Origin: Azolla caroliniana
Lineage: Eukaryota; Plantae; Polypodiophyta
Length of the DNA: 64,000 nucleotides
Direction: 5' to 3'
NCBI GenBank assembly: GCA_043228905.1
Contig: JBHGNT010000001.1
Coordinates: 15,190,001 to 15,254,000, forward strand
The stretch's first letter is position 1, and the number at the start of each line of letters is the position of its first letter. Positions 48,158 to 57,011 of this stretch are shown piece after piece. Made by a program: the position numbers and the translations under genes. The notes beneath the pieces were generated by a model. The model was not told where the DNA came from. It did not search any database and was given only the letters and a program-made list of their open reading frames with translations.

Positions 48158-50938
48158 TTACGGAGAATCACTACTATAACTAATATACAATGACGATTCC
48201 TCCTCATCATCCTCGGATGTACCAATCAGTGCATTATCTTCGTCATAAACCAAATGGTTTGACTCTAGATTATATGTAGCAGATCTCGTTTGCCTTTGAC
48301 TCGAGCCACCTTGTAGACCTGGTAATTTTTCTTTTATTATATCTATTGTTGACTTCCTTAATCGTCCGGCTTTTGTAAGTGTGAAGTTGTACACGATGAT
48401 ATCCACATCAGAGATATCAAGGGTCGAGGTGTTACGAATGTTTCGCTTCCTCTTCCTACCTCCCCTTCTTGTTTGGCATTCAATCATCTCCAATGTATAC
48501 TTACCTGTAAAAGCATTTGCACTTCTAATGTTGTACCAATGAACATTTATAGACTTGATCGTGTTTTCTATTTCATGCATTAGCACTTCTAGAATTTTAC
48601 CAACCCAAAATTGGTGGCCATGTGAGTTCTCATCAACCGGCGTTGCAATCAACATCCCCGCGGTGAGCTCTTGCAAATTTCCTTGCCATCTAGCTTCGGC
48701 TGCTTTGGTCATCCTTGGTCCCACATAAATGTCTCTTTGTTGTGGACGGACCAAGCTGTCATTAATCGCATTTACTAGTCGCTCCGGACTTCTATTTACG
48801 CGATCATGTTGCAGCGACCATGTGAATGGCGTTTCCAAATTCCAATTATCAACAGATACACAATTGTCTATAATTTCTTTCTGATCACTATAAAATACAT
48901 CCCACCATGACGTGTCTTGTTGTGCGGCATATTTCTTGGCGGCCTCAATATGTTTTCTTTTTTCTTCTAAGGCTTGGAGCCATGACCGTTTTTGTTCTAA
49001 TACCAAGTCGCTCTGCAACTGTCCTTTCTTCTCAATTGGCATTTTCTTAGCTCCATGGACAATTGTACTCGGCATACAAAGTAATAACTGGCAACCACCT
49101 TTAGGTTCCCATGTTGTAGAAGATGAATATTGTTTAGCATACAAAAGTGTAGAACCACTTATTCCATTTTTCTTTATCAAAAAAATGTGATTGAAACTTA
49201 TATTGTTTAACTGAGCAAGCACTTTAACATTCCCACCACCCCCATCTAATATATATCTCTTAAAGTCATATACCTCCTTCAAGTGTAACACTTTTGGGCG
49301 TGGTGTATATGCATCACAAATGACATCAAATAGTTTAGGTAAAGTGAAAGCATCATGCCGAGACAACTGTCTGGAGAATGTGCTAAACATCTGATCTATA
49401 TGGTCATGTGTGTGGCCAACCAAAAGGAAATTGACTTTCACTTTCCTAAACAATTCTAGGTTGACCAACATACTTAGATAGCCAAATACAGTTGAATTTT
49501 TGTTCTCTCTAGCAGTATTGTCCAATTGAATGTATAGAACAGGGGGGAAAGGTTGTCCCCAAGACATCAAAACTCGGTGAATCACTGTAACTGTTAGGTT
49601 AGGGTCATTGTGAACATTGGGGTAAGTAATGAAGACGTGAGGTCGAACAGACCTATTATAAGCCAAGCATCCCACCAAGTGCATTTGAACAAGGCACTCA
49701 TCATTGACATCTTTGGGGAGCCTCCGCATATGCGGCAAGCATGTCTTCTTCTGGTCCATGCCATCTATCATTAAGCACATGTATTGTTCAGGCCTCTTCA
49801 AACACTTCTCTCTATGATGCATCGCCTTCCTTCGTTCTAAGGATTGTGCCTCACGATGCTCTTGTAGTAACTTCTTACTCGTATCCTTTTCCATTGATGT
49901 CTTTGCACCTTTAGCCAAACTTTTAAGATTTGCACAAATGGAGCAATAACCCATACGTACTTTACGAGGAATAATAACATTTGAAAACCGAGCTCTCCAT
50001 AATCTTGTGAATTGGCTATAGGTGATAGCCTTATTATGTGAGCCCAGCATTTCAGATCGATAGACATCATAAACTTCCCGACGGGTATAATTATCAGAAA
50101 GATGCATCCTACCTGTAGTGGGCATTACTTCACAATTTAACTGAAAGTAAGTTTTCATCCAACCAATAACTAGTCTTCCAATTGCACCTTTCATACTTGG
50201 AACCTCTTTACAATTGAGCATCTGATCCCCGCTAAGTAGACGTTGTTGTACTCTATGTAGCCGCATGTTACTAACATATAACACAATTTTGAATGCAACT
50301 CTACATATCTGTTGCGCATGGAAGATATAATACTCGAATGATACTTTGATCCCCGTACATTTGTCAGATACTAGTTGCATATGTGATCCGAGGTAAGTGT
50401 CTTGCTCATCACCGGTCATCGAAAAATAGTATCGCCTTAATTCTCGCAACTTTGATTTTCCAATCATAGACATACAACCACGGGCACAACATATTTTGTT
50501 GACATCAAATCCAATCTGTTTATCTGATGTCACCAAGCTAAATCTAGCCAGACGAATTCTTCGTGGGATTCTTCTAATATGCATAGGGCTCCCAGATTTC
50601 TCTTCCTGCATAGAGGTTGGTGTAACCTTGTTACAGTCTAATTCTCTGTTCTGACCATCGCCAATGTTATTCAATGTTTCCTGGGCACTTCCTTCATTCT
50701 CGGTATCTTTATTAATATCATATTCTTCAATAGAGAACTCTTCACATGTGTCATTATTTACATTCCCTGTAGATGAGCTCAGACAATATTCTTCGATAGA
50801 ATATGGTGAGTCGGTCGAAAGACAATATTCTTCAATCGAATATGGTGACTCTGTTGACAAACAATACTCTTCAGTAGAAAACGATGGGTCTGATGACAAA
50901 CAATATTCTTCAATCGAGAACGGTGAATCTTCACTCAT
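48158..50938 (-). CDS. Sola1-like DDD transposase, 926 aa, uninterrupted
   Basis: CSIC...H zinc motif followed by a putative triad in MIDGMDQKK, QLDNTARENKN and GHTHDHIDQMFS. Sits between TIRs with a 4-bp AT-rich TSD. Superfamily assignment is by motif recall. Confidence 0.85.
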   Translation of the reverse strand: MSEDSPFSIEEYCLSSDPSFSTEEYCLSTESPYSIEEYCLSTDSPYSIEEYCLSSSTGNVNNDTCEEFSIEEYDINKDTENEGSAQETLNNIGDGQNRELDCNKVTPTSMQEEKSGSPMHIRRIPRRIRLARFSLVTSDKQIGFDVNKICCARGCMSMIGKSKLRELRRYYFSMTGDEQDTYLGSHMQLVSDKCTGIKVSFEYYIFHAQQICRVAFKIVLYVSNMRLHRVQQRLLSGDQMLNCKEVPSMKGAIGRLVIGWMKTYFQLNCEVMPTTGRMHLSDNYTRREVYDVYRSEMLGSHNKAITYSQFTRLWRARFSNVIIPRKVRMGYCSICANLKSLAKGAKTSMEKDTSKKLLQEHREAQSLERRKAMHHREKCLKRPEQYMCLMIDGMDQKKTCLPHMRRLPKDVNDECLVQMHLVGCLAYNRSVRPHVFITYPNVHNDPNLTVTVIHRVLMSWGQPFPPVLYIQLDNTARENKNSTVFGYLSMLVNLELFRKVKVNFLLVGHTHDHIDQMFSTFSRQLSRHDAFTLPKLFDVICDAYTPRPKVLHLKEVYDFKRYILDGGGGNVKVLAQLNNISFNHIFLIKKNGISGSTLLYAKQYSSSTTWEPKGGCQLLLCMPSTIVHGAKKMPIEKKGQLQSDLVLEQKRSWLQALEEKRKHIEAAKKYAAQQDTSWWDVFYSDQKEIIDNCVSVDNWNLETPFTWSLQHDRVNRSPERLVNAINDSLVRPQQRDIYVGPRMTKAAEARWQGNLQELTAGMLIATPVDENSHGHQFWVGKILEVLMHEIENTIKSINVHWYNIRSANAFTGKYTLEMIECQTRRGGRKRKRNIRNTSTLDISDVDIIVYNFTLTKAGRLRKSTIDIIKEKLPGLQGGSSQRQTRSATYNLESNHLVYDEDNALIGTSEDDEEESSLYISYSSDSP

Positions 50939-51609
50939 GGCTTAAGGTCTAGATAGGGCTCTCTAAGTTATACTCCTCTCTAACCATATACTCCTCCCTA
51001 AACATAAACTTCTCTCTAAACAAAAGCCAAATCAATAGAATGTCTATATTATGTAATATTCTATTAATACAATACATCTAAAAATTATTTTTAATAAAGT
51101 AATTTAACTTAAATTATCAATCATTATATAAACTAGATCTAAATGATGTTAAATCAAGTAAAATATAAAACTAATCATTAACAAGCCTTGAATATGTTGG
51201 ATTAATGTTAAAATCATTGGCTAATTAATGACACCCATTTTGATATAGAACGTCTCACTCATTGGTTCTTTAATGCTCACCATTTTAAATATTAGACTTA
51301 TCAATCATTGGTTAATTCATGCCCACATCTTTAATACATAACATTTGAGAGTCATAAAAATTGTTGCTTTTAGTAATCAATCATTGGTACATTCATGAAC
51401 CTCTATCATTGTCTCCTTCATAACCTTTGAAGTGATTGTAGGTTGTTATGAGTATAAAAGGTTGATAAATATGTTAGTTTGACTTTGTAATCATTAATAC
51501 AATCATAAGTTACTATAGTTAATGTGACTATGGTTCCAAACTAACTATCCTCAAAGTTACCAACATTGGTTAAGGTGACTATGGTTACTTTAACCATGGG
51601 TTCAATCCC

Positions 51610-51617
51610 TATAAATA
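51610..51617 (+). promoter_or_regulatory. Probable TATA box of the cargo gene
   Basis: CCCTATAAATAGG lies ~150 bp upstream of the ATG at 51761, and several ATTGG (reverse CCAAT) motifs precede it at 51210-51570. Confidence 0.6.
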
Positions 51618-51760
51618 GGAAGACCTCATCATATTTCACTCACCAGAGCGTACAGAGCGTATAGAGCACACAGAACGCAGAGAGCACACAGAGCACACAA
51701 AGCACTCAGAGCACAAAGCACGAAAGCGCGATCTCCGCCTCCACTTCAACACGATCAACG

Positions 51761-54700
51761 ATGTCTTCCAAGAGAATCGAGCGCGAGGAGTCCAGGTAGG
51801 CCTCTGACACTGTGGACATTTTTGTAAATATGTTTCGTTTCTCAAGAACTCGATACGGCGTATCGAGTTCGTGTTTAAAATTCAAACTTTAAACACGAAC
51901 TCGATACGGCGTATCGAGTTCGTGTTTAAAGTGTAGCCTTTGAGAGAGAAAAATCGTTTACGGGGTGGAAATGATATCTAATTGTCTGGCAAAATCAGTC
52001 TTTTTTATGTTGACTTTACTTACTTTTAAACAAATACATGCTCTAATTATAGGTGTTTTATGACCTACTTTAGCTTAAAATAGTAGAAAATGATCTACAA
52101 ATTGCCTTCACTATGGCAAATTCTCCTCAATATAGGTTTAGAATCTATATAAGTCATACCTACTATTTAAAAGAATATATAACCCGTTTTACTTATTACG
52201 ATATATATTTTCTAGGTTGAATAGCCCTGCCTATAATAGATTTTTGAATATGTTACTGCTCCTGGAAACTGTTCTTCATTATAATAACAACTTCAATCTA
52301 CGTGACTGTCTAACTTATGTTTTTGCATATACTTTCTTAAATAGGTCGTTTGAGAACCTGTCAGACCGACCCGTGAAAAAAATTAAGCTTCGCATACAAG
52401 GTTCTCCAATCGAAGCCCAGACCAAGGTAACTCCGGAGACCATGAAGAGAGGAAAAAAGCTTCTCTTTAACGAAGAGACAAAATCTCAACCACATAGTGA
52501 TGTAAGCCAAAAGAAACTTGTCGCCGCTACTGGAGGCGAAGACCTTCCTGACCGAGATCTAACGGACAAGGAATGGTGTATGCAATATGTCGACTCAAAG
52601 AAAAAAGTCGTATTGTATACAGCAAAGAAGAAGGGTGAGGGGCAGCTAGGAAAAGAAACTCCATTTATGTATGGCCGAATTCTACGATTTGACTACGAAG
52701 ATGCAGATTCGGCCAACATACTGGTAATGATAGAGTGCTCCAAGGGGGTACGCAAAGTGTTCCTTTCAGAAGACCTTTTAGTAAAGGAATCTTGTGGGCC
52801 TGAAGTGTTCAAAAAAGCACTTGATAACTCACAAAACCTGATTGTTACCTTGAGGCCTTATATACAAGGCCATGTAACTCTAAGAGATGAAGAGCCCTCC
52901 CACTTGAAGGCCACTAAAAAGGTATCCAAAGTCTAGTCAAGACCAGCCAAGAAGAAGACAACGAAAATGTCGGATACGGATTCGACAAGTGAAAATGAAG
53001 AAGAGGATAATAAGGGGACGCCAGGAGCCGAGCTGGCCTCGGGTGTCTTGTCATCCGAGCAGAATAAAATAAGGAGAGAGTTAATGCAACGGAAGCTGGT
53101 CAGGAAAGGGCAAGTATTTAATTTGCCTATAACACACATCCATCGGCCCCCTATTGATGAAAAAACAGGTCGAAGACCACTTGAGATTAGAGAGCCTCAT
53201 CGCATGCATGTTCAAAATCTCAAGAAAAAAATGAAAATTAATCCTCATGCCACAGTGGTGCCTTTTATTGTTATGGTGGATCCTGAAGAATGTGAAACCA
53301 TTGAAGATTTTGATATCAGAAAGCATGATCAGTATAATTATTTTGTCATTGGTGGATCGCATTCAGCAGAGGCACGTCGGCAACTTGTGAGAGAACATCC
53401 AACCACTTTCTTCTTCAAGTATGCCGAGTGCAAAATTTATGTTGGGCTCACAACCGAAGAGGCTAAGCTGTTGGCATGGGACCATAATAATGATAATGAC
53501 TATAGGCAGAAAATGTCGTCTATTGAGCGTATACGGTTCTTCCACCATGAGTATTTAGATGTGAAACAAAAGTTTGGTGTGAAGTTACATCCAGGCCTTC
53601 GACGTCAATGTCTGCATGAAGTCGGCATTGTGGTAGATGATAATGTTAGGTCCGATGGTCTTCGAAAGTATGAATCTTGGTTTCAATTGGCGTTTAGAGA
53701 TGGAGAAGTATGGGACCTCCAAGATCAAATATTCTCAATGTGGGAGAATAAGGAGGTAAAGGGTCAACGACAAAAGAAATGTAGGGTTGACCCTCAACTA
53801 GAATTAAAGTCACAAGCCGCCAAGAAAATTGACTTGACAATTGAAGAAGCGGCAGACGATATGAAGCTGTCTCTATGGAGAGCGATGCAAGGTATTAAGG
53901 ACGAGCAGCTTCTTGTGTCGGTTTTGTCAAGGGTTGTGGCGAAAGATTTAAGCCTTGAAGAAATGGTCACTGAGTTCAATAAGTAAGTCTTTCAAATACT
54001 GAAATTGTAGTCTATCTGGTGTAATTCAAAGTTCTAATCTTGATTTCTAATTTTACAGTCATAAGGTGTACATGAAGATCCAAGTAGTAATGATGAAACA
54101 ACTTGGATGTATAACTTGGGAACAAGTGACCGAGGATTATCCTCTAACGTCTTCGTATAAGGCGTTATCAGAGTATTTTATTGCATTCAAGGATTGGGTT
54201 AGTATTCATGTTTTTTCATTACCCTTTCATCATATGTAGAGCTTGTATAATAATACCTGATGTCCTATTGCTTCTATTAGAAACCGTGTCGAGGCAAGAA
54301 ACAAGGAGAAGTTAAGGATATACACGATTTCCCTACATCCTTCCTTGCACATCTCGAGCGAGCCAGAAAAGAAAAGGATCGTCGCTTAGTCAAGGCATAC
54401 GAAATGGAGGAAGATGGCTCGTTTAAAAAATTTAGCCACAAAAAAGATATTACGAGAGATCTTTACTACAATGTGGTTTGCGGTGATGTCATCGACTTGA
54501 TCCAGAAGGTGCCAAAGAAGGAATATACGCTAATGATTGCGGATATTCCTTACGGATTTCGAATGGCTGGGTCATCATACGACGATGAACCGTTTAGGTT
54601 TAAACAATTGGAGAAGATGGTCAAGGATTTCGCTGAGCTAACGACCGCATCCTTGTGGCGAATAGTTGTCTTTCATAGTATGGACCAAGGGTACTCGGTA

Positions 54701-55569
54701 GCTCAAGCTTTGAGATCTCGTTGCCATGGCATCGAGAACCTTGCATGGTAAGGATTATTTATAGGTGTCTTTCATTATATTGCAATTCTTAAGGTTGTTG
54801 AATCTATTCTTAACTCGATGAATTATTTTTTATAGGATCAAGACCAATGTAAATAGAGGGCCAACTTTTCGGTTCGTTAATGCCATTGAATACATAACGG
54901 TTGGCTACTTCGATGAAATTAAAAAACAGAGAATCAAAGAGCATTCTAATGAAGTGGGAGGTTCAAATCTGTTGGTATATCCAGCAGTGACTCGGAAATT
55001 GCGACATGTCACCACGACAGAACGGGGACTTGTCAACCCATACCAAAAACCTCAACGACTTATGATGCGCTTGATCGAGATGTTTTCTGTCGAAGGAGAC
55101 TGGATATTAGATCTCTTTTCTGGCACAGGTATTCCTCGAACTAGGGTAACGATCTTGAGATAACCAATCACTTTTTTTCGTTTGACAACTAAATCTTCTT
55201 GTTACTTACATCATAGGAACTACGTCAGCATGTGCATTGAAGCTGTTTAGAAATACAGTTGCATTGGAGAAGGACAAGGACCAAGTTATATTTATTAATA
55301 TGCGGATTAAGGCTTTGTGGGAGTGCCCAGACCAGGATGAGGAGGTCGGTGCAAAGAACCTCGCCAATACAGAAAGGTTTCAACCTGCTTCGCGAGAGCC
55401 TATTCCTCCGTTAGCCGGCGAACCGGGGGAGCTAATAGAGCTTGATGATGAGCTTATAGAAGATATTTCGTTGGCTCGGCTAACAGGGGAAACCAATGCA
55501 CGTATAGCCGAAGACAGTTCTACACAAGATGATGAAGAAAATGACGTTGATGAATTGATTGCTATGTAA
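51761..55569 (+). CDS. Six-exon ParB-like domain + beta-class N4-C/N6-A DNA methyltransferase fusion (~974 codons, one in-frame TAG at 52934-52936)
   Basis: Exons 51761-51795, 52345-53982, 54059-54197, 54281-54747, 54836-55128 and 55217-55569 join through GT-AG introns in consistent phase (2,925 nt). Motifs: YFVIGGSHSAEA, GDVIDLI, IADIPYG, LAWIK..IEYI, NPYQKP, GDWILDLFSGTGTT..LFRNTVALEKD. Exon 1 and the first acceptor are the least certain. Confidence 0.85.
51846..51932. repeat. Twin palindromes in intron 1 of the cargo gene
   Basis: GAACTCGATACG-G-CGTATCGAGTTC at 51846-51870 and again at 51897-51921. The second extends to perfect 23-bp arms (51886-51932). Confidence 0.95.
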
Positions 55570-56580
55570 TAGACTCTATAAAGAATATGACACTGACGAT
55601 TTGTTAAGATCTCACATTATTAATACAAATTTTGGGTTTTACCTAGTTGATTCTATTCTTTATAATCATCTATATGTTTTAATTTTATTTTTATATACTT
55701 GATTAGTATATTTATGATATTGGTTTCACCGCGTGCATAGTTGACTACCAAACTTATGGAGAAACATGAACTAGATTAAATGGAGGCTGATTTTGGTCCA
55801 AGCTAACCTTAACAGAACATGGCCCTATAATTATTGCCATGACTGTCCATGTTGTTATTATGGATCTTTGTCTTATATTGTTAAAACTATTATGTTTCTA
55901 TTCCATTGCTGCTTAGATTGTGTAGTGTGTTGATAATGGTTCCAGTTGTGTTATCGTTCGGAGTTTGATCTTGTGTGAATCACCTAAGCAATAGAGTAGA
56001 TCAATTTTAAATACAGGTATGAAAGCCTAATAGGTTTCTTATTTCCACGACATTATCCTAAAGTTCACTGCCTTACATTGTGCACAATTATATACACATA
56101 TGGTTTGATCCCATATGAACAAACTGAGGAATAGATTAGATCAACTTTTAATATAAGTATTGAATACTTTAATAAGTTAGTTATTCCAATCACTTATCCT
56201 AATGTGCACTATCCTACATTTTCCACAATTACATACATGCACGTATGGGTCAAAGTATAAATTATATCTCATTTTATTAGTATGGATACAAGTACACCTC
56301 ATATTTTTGTAAAACCTACCTAATTAATATAAGTCTTTAAGTTAGTGTTTCCCTTGTCGCACAATAGTGCCATATTGAGCCATAGTTGAACTTTATTTAG
56401 ATACATTAACTTATCAACATGTCTAAACTTGCATGATTTCTAATGATCTCCACTCGTAGATCTATCATGTATTTTTATATTTGCAAATTCTTATCAAGTT
56501 GAGGAACATGTGATACTAGTGCATCCAATTATTGTAGAGAGGGTGTATTTTCTTCGTTTTAAGAAGATTCTACAAGTGGA

Positions 56581-56616
56581 ATGCGCAATCCTTCCACTTG
56601 TGAACGCGAACGTGTT
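56581..56616 (-). repeat. Right terminal inverted repeat
   Basis: ATGCGCAATCCTTCCACTTGTGAACGCGAACGTGTT, the reverse complement of 47800-47835 with one mismatch. Confidence 0.97.
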
Positions 56617-57011
56617 TTATGATGTAGAGCTGGTTGTATTATTATCGTTGTTGCGATAATTCAGAGCGTAACTGCGTATAGAGAAGAGAGAGAGAGAGGA
56701 AGAGGTCATTGCCTCTATTGTAACCGCCTGGTGGCGAAGCGAGGGAGCAAGAGGTCGTTGCCTCTATGCCCCATTGTTGTAATCTTATATAGTGATATTT
56801 TTGCAGTCTCAGGGTTGTTGTTGTTTTTTCCCAGATTTGGGTTTTCCACTTTAACATCCAGTGCACTCTCTTCTTTACTGTTTCGTGCATAAATACATCT
56901 TACCACATCCCTGTTTTTCTATGCTTGATCCGACGTCTTGGTTGTGGCCGAGCATAGCTTAGGAAACCGTATTCCTTTCAATCTGGTATCAAAGCGAAAC
57001 GACACAGAAAA

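Larger units (their letters stand above)
47800..56616 (-). mobile_element. Complete Sola1-like DNA transposon (8,817 bp) carrying a ParB-methyltransferase cargo gene
   Basis: 36-bp TIRs with one mismatch. TTAT at 47796-47799 and 56617-56620. The empty site CTTAATAATTATGATGTAGAG is present in the sister LTR near 61290-61310. DDD transposase inside. Confidence 0.93.

Noticed and set aside
51761-55569. Bacterial contamination or a restriction-modification operon
   Set aside because: In-phase GT-AG introns, a TATA promoter, no endonuclease partner, and a clean TSD within a plant LTR.
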